Positions 49,730 to 60,111 of a stretch of DNA of 64,000 nt are shown piece by piece. A model generated the notes under the pieces. It was given only the letters and a program-made list of their open reading frames with translations, had not been told where the DNA came from and ran no database searches. The DNA is from Kofleriaceae bacterium. GTDB lineage: Bacteria; Myxococcota_A; Polyangia; Haliangiales; Haliangiaceae. The position numbers and the translations under genes were made by a program. The stretch covers positions 1-64,000 of the forward strand of contig CBDCCZ010000019.1 in the NCBI GenBank assembly GCA_965215005.1, written 5' to 3'. The stretch's first letter is position 1. The number at the start of each line of letters is the position of its first letter.

Positions 49730-50037
49730 AGGTGGCCGTCGGTTTGTTGCCCGGCGCACCCCGCACCGCCTTCGAGGCGCACCGGCGGCTCGCGGCGATC
49801 CACCCCTTCGAGGACGGCCGCGGGCGCACCGCGCGGCTCGCGATGACCCTCGTGCCGATGCGCGCCGGGTGCCCGTCAGCGATCGTGCGCCCCGAGCACC
49901 ACCCGGCCGACCTCGCCGCGCTCGCGCGCGACCAGGCCACGGGCGACGCTGGGCCCTTCCACGCGCTCCTGCACGAGCGGATCGACGCGGCACTCGAGCT
50001 CCTCCTCGACACCGTCCAGCACGCGCAGACGCGGTGA
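49730..50037 (+). pseudogene. Fic domain C-terminal fragment
   Basis: IHPFEDGRGRTARL, a degenerate HPFxDGNGR motif. No N-terminal part. Confidence 0.75.
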
Positions 50038-50079
50038 GCGAAGCCCAGGCGGCATGGCGCATCCTTCTCTGCCCCTCTC

Positions 50080-50290
50080 ATCCCCCGGGCGCCCGGAACA
50101 GCTCCCCCGCCTCGACCCCGAACACCTAGGCGATGGCCAGGATGGCCTTGAGCGAGGGGTTGCGCTCGCCGCGCTCGATGGCCGCCGACATAGGTCCGGT
50201 CGAGCCCCACGAGGTCAGCGAAGCCCTCCTGGAAGTGCCCGAGCGCCCGACGCAGCACGCGCCAGTTGGTGTCGAAGTCGCGCACGGTGA
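50080..50290 (-). pseudogene. XRE-family HTH regulator remnant
   Basis: LRRALG.FQEGFADLVGLDRTYVG, then a frameshift, then IERGERNPSLKAILAIA. Confidence 0.7.
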
Positions 50291-50508
50291 AGACCCTGCC
50301 TATGCGCCGCCACGCATCGGGAAAGAGGTTCCATCGTCCACGGACGCATCGTGTCATCTTTGAAGCCTGACTGACGGAGCTCAGCATGAGCCCCATCGTC
50401 CCTCCCGCCAGCCGAGATGGAACAGGCACCGCATTGTGCGGACTGCTCGCATTGACCTCGAGACCTGCCCAGGCCGCCGAAGCCTCGCATGGGTGCACGG
50501 GCTACCCG

Positions 50509-50766
50509 CTAGAGCCGGTGATCGGGCTCGGTGCCCGCCTCCACAGCGCCGAGGAGCACCGCGGCCGGGACCCCGAGCGCGCGCGCCAGCACCACAAGCT
50601 CGACCGCGTCCACCCGCCGCTCGCCACCTTCGATGCGCGCCAGCTTCGATTGATGCACTCCGAGCCGCGCCGCCAGCTCGCCCTGGCTCAGCCCCGCTTC
50701 GCGCCGCGCTTCGACGATCGCCGCCCGCAGCGCCTCGTGGCCCCCGCTTCGGATGGTCCTCGTCAT
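50509..50766 (-). CDS. XRE-family HTH regulator
   Basis: ARREAGLSQGELAARLGVHQSKLARIEGGERRVDAVEL. Confidence 0.88.
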   Translation of the reverse strand: MTRTIRSGGHEALRAAIVEARREAGLSQGELAARLGVHQSKLARIEGGERRVDAVELVVLARALGVPAAVLLGAVEAGTEPDHRL

Positions 50767-50962
50767 CGCGCCGCCCGAAGACCCCTTTCCCGGCGGCGGT
50801 AAGGCGGCTATGAGAATTTCCAAAAAATGGAAAATCCGACGAGCTGAGGAGGCCCGCTAGTGATCGTCCGAACGCGTCCCGGTCCCGTGACCGCCTCGAC
50901 CGAGCTCGAGGGGCTCCAAGCAGGCTCCTCCCCCTGCGCCCGGAGACGGGGGTGAGGGTGCA

Positions 50963-51725
50963 ATGAGCCGCGAGCTCGGCGACGACGGCCGCTGTGGGAT
51001 CCACCACGGCATTGTGGAGGTCGCGGGACGGGTCCCGCGTCTGGGGGTGAGCACCCTCGCCCGCCGCGGCGGCTACGCCCACGGCAACGTCCACGCGAGC
51101 CCATCCGGCGGGCACGAGCGTCGGATCGCCTTGCCGGTCGAGCCCGATCGGCACTTCGTCGTGGGCACGGGGTCGGGCGCGCTGCCGGGCCACGAGGTGG
51201 TGCTGGCCTGCGCCCCGGGCGGCGCACGCCCCTTCCGCGTCCACGACCTCTCCGCGGGCGAGCCGGCCAACAGCTTCCGGCCCGGGCTTTGGGATCCCAT
51301 CGCGCGCCTCGTCGGGGCCGCGATCCGCGCCGTGGTCCCGTTCGCGCCGGCCTGGGTCCTCGCCACCCCCGCCTGGGATGGCGGACATCACCGTCGGAGG
51401 GACCCGTACCCGGGGCTGTTCTCGGCCGTGATCCGTCTCGCCGTGCTCCTGCTCGCCGTGGTGCCGGTCACGAAGGCCCAGCCCGAGCGGCGGCACTGGG
51501 CGCGCCGCGTGGTTGGCGCCCGCCGGCGCGGCGCTCGCCAGGAGCCCGGCGCTTCTCGCCCCCGCGATGACGCGGCGCCGCCGACGGCGGCGGATCGAGC
51601 GACGGCGCCTGTTGGAGGCGCACGCCCTCATCCGCGAGTGGCTGCGAGACGAACTCTCGCGCCGATCGCGACGCGACGAGGAGGCCGGTGCGGCCGAGGA
51701 CGTAACGAACAGGAGGTCCCCATGA
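50963..51725 (+). pseudogene. Hypothetical membrane protein, apparently frameshifted near 51510
   Basis: Hydrophobic segments. The Arg-rich tail in ORF 51513..51725 ends overlapping the next ATG. Confidence 0.35.
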
Positions 51726-52153
51726 CGAACACACCCGCGGCGCTCGTGGCCGCGAGCCTGACCCTGGCGCTCGGCGCCTGCGACCGCGAGCCCGAGCTCA
51801 CCGCCGAGGACCTCGAGGCGGCCTACCACGCGAGCGCGCAGGACATCATCGCAAGGTTGCGCGCCGACGGCTACGCGGCCGACGCCGTGCCGGTGCTGCT
51901 CTACGAGACGTTCGCGGCCTCGAAGCTCGAGGTGGCGCTCCAGGGGTGCGAGGACGTCGAGGCGCAGCCCAGCGAGGGCGAAGAGCGAGCCTGGCTCTGC
52001 GACCTCCGGCTCACGCGGACCGAGCCCGGCGGCACCCCCTACACGCCCATGGGCGACACGCTGGCGCGCGTGTGGCGCACCGCCGAGGACGGCCTGCGGC
52101 TGCGCGAGCTGCCGCCCGAGGAGGTCGCCGCGCTGCGCCGCGCCGAGGAGTAG
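51722..52153 (+). CDS. Hypothetical lipoprotein
   Basis: AGGAGG RBS and lipobox LALGA-C. Confidence 0.75.
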   Translation: MTNTPAALVAASLTLALGACDREPELTAEDLEAAYHASAQDIIARLRADGYAADAVPVLLYETFAASKLEVALQGCEDVEAQPSEGEERAWLCDLRLTRTEPGGTPYTPMGDTLARVWRTAEDGLRLRELPPEEVAALRRAEE

Positions 52154-52610
52154 GCGACGGAGCCGCCCTGCCCTTCCATCCCGGTGGAGAGACCACGCCG
52201 TGACCGACGACGAGCCCTACGCCTCGGCCAAAGGCCCGCGCCGGCCGCGCTCGCGGCCCATCTCGATGCGGCCCACAACCATCTCGAGGAGGCTCGAATA
52301 CGCCTCTGCGCGCAGGCCGCAGTGGTGGACGAGCGGCTCGCCGCCTTCGGACGGCTCCGGCACGCTGGCGGCTCAGCGCGGTCCTCGTCACCGAATGGTC
52401 GAGCACCGCCGCCCGCCGGGCCGCGACGGAGGCCCCATGCCCCGTGACCCGCTGGCGCACCATGGGTTTTCACCCGCCCAAGGTCGACGACTACGACGCC
52501 CGGCGACCAGTGTCCTGCCCCGGCCACGTCCCTTGAAGGCCTTTCGCGGCCGAAGGGTCCGAGGCCGGGCCCCTTGGCGAGCATCCGCGGCGAGACAGGA
52601 GACGAGCCCC

Positions 52611-53474
52611 ATGCCCGAACCCATCACCTTGGCCCATCTTCAGCGGCCCAACGGCCTCCTGATCGGCTTCGATCACATGGAGCGCCATCGCGCGCGGCTC
52701 GCCCTGCTCGAACGCTTCGAGGACCGCGACCTGGCCGACGCTTTCCACCTGCACGCCGGCGACACCGTCGCTCGCGCGCTGCTCGAGCTGCGGCTTCTCG
52801 GAGGCACGCCCTTCGAGGCCTTCGCCCAGCTGCGCCGGCTCACCTACGCCACCGTGGCCCCCCACCCCTTCCGCACCCTGGTGGCCAACGCCCACGGCAC
52901 GGCGTTCTGGGACGTCGCCTTCGGCGAGCGCATCCACCGCCGCCCACGCCGGCGCCACCGCCGGCCCGAGGCCGAGCTGGTGCTGGGCGGCGCGGTCCGT
53001 GGCTACTTGGTGCGTCACACGGGCCAGGGCGTGGTGCTCGGCCGCGCGCTGCTCGAGCAGGCGCTCGACCTCGCCGATATGGAGCTGCTCGCGCTGGCGG
53101 TGGACCCGCGCGACGGTGCACCCCTGCTCGAGCGAGTGCCGCCCGACGCGCCGCTATGGAGCGCGGAGCCGCCCGAGGACCTCCAGGCCGCGCGGTGTGC
53201 CCGCCTGGAGTGGTGGGCGCCCAGCACCGAGCGCTCGGTGTGGGTGCACGACCTCGCCCCGACCCCCGAGCCCGCGCCGGCACCGGCACCGGCGTCACCG
53301 GCCGCGGCTCCGGGCCGCGAGACACCCGCTGGCTTCGCTGCGCAGTCCTCCCCCACACCGCAGGATGCCGGGGAAGAGTTGCGCGCCCTGCGAGCGCTGC
53401 GCGACGGGATCGCCACCCTACTGCGCGGCGTGGGCTCCTCCGGGGGACCCCACGGGGCGGGCGATGCCCGCTGA
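52611..53474 (+). CDS. Hypothetical protein
   Basis: AGGAG RBS, GC3 bias and a Pro/Ala linker near the C-terminus. Confidence 0.6.
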   Translation: MPEPITLAHLQRPNGLLIGFDHMERHRARLALLERFEDRDLADAFHLHAGDTVARALLELRLLGGTPFEAFAQLRRLTYATVAPHPFRTLVANAHGTAFWDVAFGERIHRRPRRRHRRPEAELVLGGAVRGYLVRHTGQGVVLGRALLEQALDLADMELLALAVDPRDGAPLLERVPPDAPLWSAEPPEDLQAARCARLEWWAPSTERSVWVHDLAPTPEPAPAPAPASPAAAPGRETPAGFAAQSSPTPQDAGEELRALRALRDGIATLLRGVGSSGGPHGAGDAR

Positions 53475-53645
53475 GGAGCCGGGCTGAGCGTCGAGCGTAT
53501 GGAACTCCACAGGACAGGGCACCCCGCTCTGCCCCACCATGATCCACCACGAGCTATCGCAGCGTCGCACGCGACGTCGCGGCGGGAACTCGTTTGTCGA
53601 GGCCACGGCGCTGAACAATTACTAGACTTCTAGGATTCTCGTTCG

Positions 53646-53912
53646 CTAGACCTTTCCGTGCTTCTCCTCAAGTAGCGTCAACGCCTCCGCGAGGAGGTCG
53701 GGTACCTTGCGGCGCAAGCGGATGGCGAGGATCTCGTAGCCATCCGCCGTGGCGCGGGTGACGCGCTTGTTGAACTGAACCTTCTCGGCCTCGGCGACCT
53801 GATCGAATTTCGGTTGCGAGGACGCGCGCGGCGGTGGGACCTGCTCGATGCTGTCCACTGCCTCCTCGGCGCGCCGCCGGGGCGGCTCGGCGATCCTGAG
53901 ACCCTTCGCCAT
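53646..53912 (-). CDS. ParG-like RHH partition protein
   Basis: Coupled to parA. Disordered N-terminus and C-terminal VQFNKRV strand plus two helices. Confidence 0.75.
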   Translation of the reverse strand: MAKGLRIAEPPRRRAEEAVDSIEQVPPPRASSQPKFDQVAEAEKVQFNKRVTRATADGYEILAIRLRRKVPDLLAEALTLLEEKHGKV

Positions 53913-54553
53913 CACGCCGCCTCCCGCATATCGGGCAGCCTATCCAAGATCGCCTGTGCGAACGCGACCACCCTGCCCTGAACCTTGGGAAAGGACACCT
54001 CGGAGGCGGAGCGCCCCTCAGCGTGGCTTTGCCGGATCGAGGCGAGCTCCGGGAACACGGGCTGCAGGACGTTCATGCGCGCCTTGGCCAGGTAGGCGCG
54101 GGCGGCGCGATCCTCGGCGTCCGAGCCCTTGGCTCGGCAGAAGCAGAAAACGATTCGTCCTGGCTCGACGCCGGCCTCCTCGAGCTCGAACGCCGCCTCG
54201 ACCTGTGGCTCCATGTCGTCGAGGCTGTAGCCCGTCGGCATGAGCACCAAGTCGCTGTGGCGCGCCATCGTCCGCCCTCCCTTCTCGGCGTGCGCCGGCC
54301 CGTCCAGGATCAGCAGGTCGAAGCGCGCGGCCTCGCGGATTGCCCGATCCACGGTGCGGAACTTCTCAACGGCGATCTCGGGTTGGATGTCAGCCTGGTC
54401 GCGCCGCGCCTTCCACTTGGTGGACGTACCCTGGGCCGGATCGAGGTCGGCGATCTTCACAGCCCATCCGGCCTTGGTCACCTCGACGGCGAGCAGGCGC
54501 GCGAGCGCGCTTTTTCCGACGCCGCCCTTCTGAGAGATCAGAGAAATGATCAC
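53912..54553 (-). CDS. parA: Short ParA/ParF-type partition ATPase
   Basis: SQKGGVGKS deviant Walker A, DLDPAQGT and ILDGP. Confidence 0.93.
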   Translation of the reverse strand: MIISLISQKGGVGKSALARLLAVEVTKAGWAVKIADLDPAQGTSTKWKARRDQADIQPEIAVEKFRTVDRAIREAARFDLLILDGPAHAEKGGRTMARHSDLVLMPTGYSLDDMEPQVEAAFELEEAGVEPGRIVFCFCRAKGSDAEDRAARAYLAKARMNVLQPVFPELASIRQSHAEGRSASEVSFPKVQGRVVAFAQAILDRLPDMREAA

Positions 54554-54577
54554 GTTCGCTCCTGTTCTCGACCGTTC

Positions 54578-54810
54578 CTAGGATGCGAGGGTGCGAGGAT
54601 CGAAGACCGCGAGCAACCGAGCATCCGAGCAACGCTGCTTTCTGCGATCCTGAGAACGCAGTGTTGCAGGATCGAAGCAGCCTAGAGTTGCTGCCGACTA
54701 GGATCGCAAAGCTCTCGAATCTCATAAGTCTAACGTCCTAGGAGGGACGCAGACACGAGAACTAGGATTCTACGTCCCTAGGTCTGCAGCTCGCTAGCGA
54801 GCGAGATCGC
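54578..54810. repeat. Degenerate 8-bp-period tandem array, candidate centromere/par operator
   Basis: CTAG at 54578, 54682, 54698, 54738, 54762, 54778 and 54794, all spaced by multiples of 8. Intervening units include CGAGGATC, CGAGCAAC and GCAGGATC. Confidence 0.75.
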
Positions 54811-54829
54811 TGCAAGTCTGGCGCCGACG

Positions 54830-55200
54830 ACATCATCCGCCGACCTACGCCCGGCGGCGCGAGGTGACGGAGGCCGAGGCGATCTGGGGGGCGAGCGGGT
54901 CGTTCCGCGACTCGCGAGCCAGGCATCGACAATGGTGGCGTAGCTTTCGAAGACGCGGTTCGCGAGGCGGTTCTGGCGGAGGAACTGCCAGACCTTCTCC
55001 ACCGAGTTCAGCTCGGGACTGTGGGGCGGGAACGTCCGCAGGGTCGGGTTCGGTGGGACGGCGAGGGCATTGGCTCCGTGCCAGTCTGCGCCGTCGACCA
55101 CGACGAGTGCCTGCGCGCCCGGCGTGATTGCGTGGCCGATCTCGGCGAGGTGCAGGCTCATTGCCTCGGCGTCGGCGCAGGGCGTGACGAGGGCGGCGCC
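54830..55200 (-). mobile_element. IS630-family transposase C-terminal fragment
   Basis: MSLHLAEI...VVDGADWH...PPHSPELNSVEKVWQFLRQNRLANRVF. Confidence 0.85.
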
Positions 55201-55221
55201 GGTCGGCGAGGCCGGCCAGTT

Positions 55222-56280
55222 CTAAGGGCGCCCACGCTTCTCGAACCACTTGGCACAGAAGCCCGCGAACGCCTTGTCGGGGTCGCGTGGCGCGTCGAGG
55301 CCGCCGTCGGCCATCCAGCTTCGCCAGGTCTGCTCGAGGTGGTACACATCCCAGCCCGGCGCGGCCGCGCGGCCGCGCTCGTAGGCTTCGGCGGACAGAT
55401 GGACGTCACCTGCGGCGTCCTCGGCCGGCTCTGGCCTGATCGTGCCACGGTTGCTGAACACGACGGTCTCACCCTCGAGACGCACGGCGTAGTCGGGCAT
55501 ATGGTCGTGGGCGGCGTCTTGCTCGATGATGCTGGCGACCAGGCGCCGGAACTCGCGGCTTGAGGAGCTCGATCCAGATTTATGCTGCAGGGCAGGGAGG
55601 CCGATGCGCCACTGCCGCTGCCGCCCGCAGTGCTTGCGGGCGAGTTCGTAGAGACGCCGCTCCAATGGCTTGCGCAGACGGAAGTAGTCACGGTGCAAGG
55701 TAAGTACCTCCCGTGACCGTATGGCATTGAAGACCCAATCGCTGAGTTCAATCTCGATCTCCTGCATGCGCCCGTCGCGGGTCTCGCGTACGATCCGGGC
55801 GCGGTCGATCAGGCTGAAGAGATCGAGCTGCTCGGTACCGCCCGTGGTGATGTTGGTCTCGATCTGGGTGCCCTGGAGGCGACGCAGCGCGGCGCGTAGG
55901 CCGGCGTAGCCTCGGCCGTCGGTCATGCGGTTGGTCGCCCGGAGCAGGTCGAGTGCCTTGAGGCGCACAATGCGAGAGACGGAGCGACCCTCGTTCAGGG
56001 CGGCGATAACCTGGCTGATGCAGTAGATCAGGACGTCGCGGTCATGGATGGTGGCAAGCCCATCGGGCGACGGCTTCACCTCGACGTAGCTCCTGCCGCT
56101 TATGTCTTCGTAGCGACGCACTCGGTGGTCGGGCTTGGTCGAGAGCGAGAAGATCGGATGGGCCATTGAGGCCATATCGGCTTTGGGCGCAGCTCCGAAG
56201 ATGTCGCAGACGAAGAAGTCACCAGGCTCTTGCCGATCCGGCAAGAGCGGCGAGCGCGCTGTCTTCGTGATTTCACCCAT
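55222..56280 (-). CDS. repA: Plasmid replication initiator RepA (Rhodobacterales RPA type)
   Basis: DFFVCDI..A.PK.DMASM.HPIFSLS, GLATIHDRD.LIYCISQ and YFRLRKPLERRLYELARKHCG. Confidence 0.92.
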   Translation of the reverse strand: MGEITKTARSPLLPDRQEPGDFFVCDIFGAAPKADMASMAHPIFSLSTKPDHRVRRYEDISGRSYVEVKPSPDGLATIHDRDVLIYCISQVIAALNEGRSVSRIVRLKALDLLRATNRMTDGRGYAGLRAALRRLQGTQIETNITTGGTEQLDLFSLIDRARIVRETRDGRMQEIEIELSDWVFNAIRSREVLTLHRDYFRLRKPLERRLYELARKHCGRQRQWRIGLPALQHKSGSSSSSREFRRLVASIIEQDAAHDHMPDYAVRLEGETVVFSNRGTIRPEPAEDAAGDVHLSAEAYERGRAAAPGWDVYHLEQTWRSWMADGGLDAPRDPDKAFAGFCAKWFEKRGRP

Positions 56281-56404
56281 TGCACTTCATCATTCGTGAT
56301 TTCACCCACAGAGGTCAAGACCTTCGTGATTTCACCCAAGACACTTCGTGACTTTACACACATACCTTCGTGACTTTACACACGCTTCTTCGTGATTTTA
56401 CCCA
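56264..56404. repeat. Six iterons TTCGTGAYTTYACMCA
   Basis: Starts at 56264, 56293, 56323, 56345, 56367 and 56389 (spacing 29, 30, 22, 22, 22). Confidence 0.92.
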
Positions 56405-56560
56405 CATGGTAAAAGTACAAGGTACTGTTTAGAAGAGGAAAATTCGAGGCTCCAGCGGCTCTAACACATAGTCTAACACAATTTAACACACGAACAGCCT
56501 GTGGATAACTCTGTGGATAACTAACTCAAATCGGAATATTTCAAGCTTATCAAATACTTG
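56405..56560. promoter_or_regulatory. AT-rich oriV region with three TAACACA repeats and two DnaA boxes
   Basis: TGTGGATAA at 56500 and 56512. TAACACA three times within 56462-56490. Confidence 0.85.
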
Positions 56561-56640
56561 GGGGAGAGCAGCATCATGCGGCTAGTTTCGCTACTCCAGA
56601 TGTGTATGCTGTCTCAGAAATGGTAGAGATTCCAAGTAGC

Positions 56641-58006
56641 TGACCGGCCCCCACCGGGTGGTCCGGGGTGGATGTTGGTGCGGTAGTGGTCGTGGCGCCA
56701 TGGGGAGCCTGTCCGGCGGAGCAGTCCGGGGTGGCGCGGTCAGCCCGATGGCGCGGGCTGGGATGAGGACCTCGGACGCGGGCGGCCTGTGGCTCAGAGA
56801 GGCGTGGGGCCAGACCATGTTGTGGTGCCGTCTCCAGCTTTCGACGACGATCTCCGCCTCCCGCAGGCTGCGGAAGATCTCGCCATCGAGAAGCTCGTCC
56901 CGGAGCCGGGCATTGAAGCTCTCGGCGTATCCGTTCTCCCAAGGAGACCCCGGCTCGATGTGGACGGTCTTCGAGCCCACGGCCCTGATCCGGTCCTGGA
57001 CGGCCTGGACCACGAACTCGGGGCCGTCGTCGGAGCGGACGTGGCCGGGGATGCCACGCAGGATGAAGAGGTCCGAGAGCACGTCGATCACGTCCGCAGC
57101 CTTGAGCTTGCGCGCCACGCGGATGGCCGGGCACTCGCGGGTGAACTCGTCTACCACATCGAACAGGCGGAACTCGCGCCCGTCATGCGCCCGGTCCTCG
57201 ACGAAGTCGTGAGGTGCAGACGATGCAGACGTGGTTCGGGCGCTCCGGGCGGAGCCGGACGCACGAGCCGTCGGCCAGGTGAGGCAGCGCCGAACGCCGT
57301 CCCCGCCTGAACTGCTCGGCGAGCACCTTCGGTCCTTCCCGCCGCCGCTCGCCGTCGTCCTCGGACCAATGGCGGACAACGGCTCGCTGTTCCACGCGCT
57401 TGGCGTTCACCACCCACCCCGCTGCCCGCAGCAGGCCCGTGATCTTGCGGCGGCCGCGGCGCCCATGCTCGCACGCGAGCGCGATGATGTCGGCCGTCAG
57501 GGCCTCCTCGTCGTTTCTCCCCCGCGGCACCTAACGCGGTGTCGAGCGACGCCGGCCGGGCGCGCGGGCCGGGCGCGGCGCTCGGAGATGGTCAGCATCC
57601 GCTCGATGCGCTCGACACAGGCGCGTCGGCGCGCGGGGCCCAGAAGTTTCGTTGGCGCGGAGCTTCGGTTCCCCGGGCGGCCTCCGCCAGGATCAGCTTG
57701 TCCAGGGTGAGTTCCACGACCGCCCTGCGCAGCCGCTGGCTCTCGAGCTCGAGCTCCTTCACGCGCCGGATCTGGTCCGACTTCAGCCCGCCGTGCTCCT
57801 GGCGCCAGCGACACTCAGGTGACCTCGGTCACGCCGACCGCGCGCACCGCGTCGGCGACGGTCTGGCCTTGGGATGTGAGCCCATCCACCTGGCGCAGCT
57901 TCGCGACGATCTCCTCGGGTTTGTACCTCTTTCTCGGCAGCGGATCCGTCCTCCTCGGCTCGATGAGCCATGCTTCAGGGCAGACCACTTCTATGGGGGC
58001 GGATCA
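56641..58006 (-). mobile_element. Degenerate IS3-family element
   Basis: Terminal IRs TGA(C/T)C(G/C)GCCCCCA..GTGGTC. OrfA PRKRYKPEEIVAKLRQV has an internal stop. OrfB carries DEFTRE, RSDDGPEF and PGSPWENGYAESFN. Confidence 0.92.
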
Positions 58007-58210
58007 GAGGCGCACGAGGACTCGGCATCCAAGCCGACGCCGCCGTCCGTCGAGGCGTGCGGCGCGTCGTGCGATCGACGACGCTCGCGCCCCGCACCGG
58101 CCGTGCTCACCTCTCCCGCGCGACGGCGAGCGCGGCACCTCTGGGCGATGCGGCGGGGCAAGGGCCCGGCCAGCCGTCTCGTGATCCGATGCCGCCCTCG
58201 AACAGGCATC

Positions 58211-58245
58211 GCCCCGCCGCCGGAACCGATCTCCGGCGGCGGGGC
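58211..58245. terminator. 14-bp GC stem-loop downstream of the mob accessory gene
   Basis: GCCCCGCCGCCGGA-N7-TCCGGCGGCGGGGC. No clear U-tract. Confidence 0.45.
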
Positions 58246-58259
58246 AGGGGGGTTCGGGG

Positions 58260-58589
58260 TCAGGCCCGATCGGGGATCTCGGGGTCGGGCTCTCCGGGGA
58301 ACAGCCGCTGCCACAGGCCGCGCTCGCGCTCGCGCCGGGTGAGGCGGGCGGGCAGCTCGCGACGGACGTAGTCCTGAAGCTTGGAGCTGTGTGGGAGGCC
58401 GTCGCGCACGAGCGAGCCCAGAACCAGGCGCAGGCGCGTCTCGTCCTCCTGGTCGGCCTGCTGCGCGCGGGCCCTGAGCTCGGCGAGCTCGGCCTCGATC
58501 TCGGCCTGGCGTCGCTCGGCCGCGGCGATCCGGCTCGCGGAGGGGCGGCGCCAGGGCTTCTGCGGGTCGGAATCGGGGTTGGCGGTCAT
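58260..58589 (-). CDS. Mobilisation accessory protein (MobC/MobS-like)
   Basis: Divergent from the relaxase. Coiled coil followed by ETRLRLVLG. Confidence 0.7.
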   Translation of the reverse strand: MTANPDSDPQKPWRRPSASRIAAAERRQAEIEAELAELRARAQQADQEDETRLRLVLGSLVRDGLPHSSKLQDYVRRELPARLTRRERERGLWQRLFPGEPDPEIPDRA

Positions 58590-58745
58590 GGCTACTCCGT
58601 GGAGCGGGTGACACTGGCGCCAGCGTAGCGCGGGCGTGGCTCTCGGGCAGACGCGGGTCACACCAGGGCCACGATCGGTGCAACTCGCGGGGATCGGGCG
58701 CGTAGGGTCCCGGGGTCGTGACGAACACCGGGCCGGGTGGGGTCG

Positions 58746-58776
58746 ATGGCGCTTACGCGTCCCGCTGCGCGGGACG
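58746..58776. other. Candidate MOBQ oriT
   Basis: ATGGCGCTTA followed by the perfect stem CGTCCCGC-TGC-GCGGGACG, between divergent mob genes. The layout resembles pTi/RSF1010 oriT. Confidence 0.6.
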
Positions 58777-58918
58777 TCCCACCGTACCGCTTCGACCGGA
58801 CCGTCCCGCTTGGGATGGGCCTCGTGAGGCGCCCCTCTGGGCGCCGGCGAGGGGGCCGCCCCTCGCGCTCCCGGCCGGCGCCGCGGCGCCGGACCCGCCA
58901 GGCGCCGGGCGCGGTAGC

Positions 58919-59965
58919 GTGGCGCTCTTCCACCTCAGCGCCAAGGTCATCGGGCGCGCCCAGGGGCGTTCGGTCGTGGCCGCGGCGGCCTACCGCTCGG
59001 CGTCGGCGCTGCGCGACGCGCGCGCGGGGACGGTGCACGACTACCGCGGCAAGGGCGGGGTGGTGCACCGGGAGATCCTCGCCCCGGCGGACGCGCCCGA
59101 CTGGATGCGCGACCGCGAGCGGCTCTGGAACGCCGTGGAGGCGGCCGAGCGGCGGCGCGACGCGCAGCTCGCGCGCGAGGTGGAGCTGGCCCTGCCGCGC
59201 GAGCTCGGCCCCGAGGTGCAGCTGGCGCTGGTGCGGGGCTTCGTCGGGCAGCGGTTCGTCGAGGCCGGCATGGTCGCCGACCTGTGCGTGCACGACGCGC
59301 AGGCGCGCGGCGGCGGGGCGCAGCCGCACGCGCACGTGCTGCTCACCATGCGGGCGCTCACCGCGGGCGGGTTCGGCGCCAAGGAGCGGGGGTGGAACGC
59401 CACCTCTGCGCTCGAGGGCTGGCGCGCGGCCTGGGCCGAGGCGGTCAACGCGGCGCTCGCGCAGGCGGGACGCGCCGAGCGGGTGGACCACCGCACGCTC
59501 GAGGCGCAGCGGATGGCGGCGGAACAGGCGGCCGTCCGGGCGCGCGCGGCCGGCGACGAGCCGGCGGCGCGGGCGCACGAGCGCCGGGCGGCGGCCCTCG
59601 ATCGCGAGCCCGAGGTGAAGCTGGGGCCCGGCGCGCAGGCGCTCGAGGACCGCGGGGAGCGGACCGAGCGGGGCGATCTGCGACGCGCCGCGTGGCGGCG
59701 CGACGCGCACCGGGTGTGGCTCGCGCGCCGCGGCGCCGAGATGGGCTGGGAGATCGCGGATCTCCGCGCCGCGCGCGAGGCCGAGCTTGCGGCCGCGCGC
59801 GAGGAGGTGCGGCGCGCGGCGAGGGACCGGCGGCGCGAGGCGCGGCTCGGGCGCGCGGCGCTCGACGGGCTCGGCGCGCGGCTCGGCGCGGCCGGGGGGC
59901 GGATCGCGTCCAGGCGGGCCGGGCGGCTCGCGGAGCTCGGGGCGGCGCTCGGGGCGGTGGGCTGA
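58919..59965 (+). CDS. mobA: MobA/MobL (MOBQ) relaxase; C-terminus probably continues in a shifted frame to ~60110
   Basis: FHLSAK, AAAAYR, LWNAVEAAE, ALPREL, QPHAHV and VDHRTL. Confidence 0.92.
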   Translation: MALFHLSAKVIGRAQGRSVVAAAAYRSASALRDARAGTVHDYRGKGGVVHREILAPADAPDWMRDRERLWNAVEAAERRRDAQLAREVELALPRELGPEVQLALVRGFVGQRFVEAGMVADLCVHDAQARGGGAQPHAHVLLTMRALTAGGFGAKERGWNATSALEGWRAAWAEAVNAALAQAGRAERVDHRTLEAQRMAAEQAAVRARAAGDEPAARAHERRAAALDREPEVKLGPGAQALEDRGERTERGDLRRAAWRRDAHRVWLARRGAEMGWEIADLRAAREAELAAAREEVRRAARDRRREARLGRAALDGLGARLGAAGGRIASRRAGRLAELGAALGAVG

Positions 59966-60111
59966 TGAGCTCCGCGTCGACCTGCGGCGCGAGCGCACGC
60001 GGCTCGATGGTCTTGGGGCAAGGCTTCAGGCGGCGGCGGAGCGCCCGGCTTCCGGGCGGGTGGCGCGGCCAGTGACCGTCGCGGACCTCGATGCGCTCGG
60101 CGAGACGTTCC

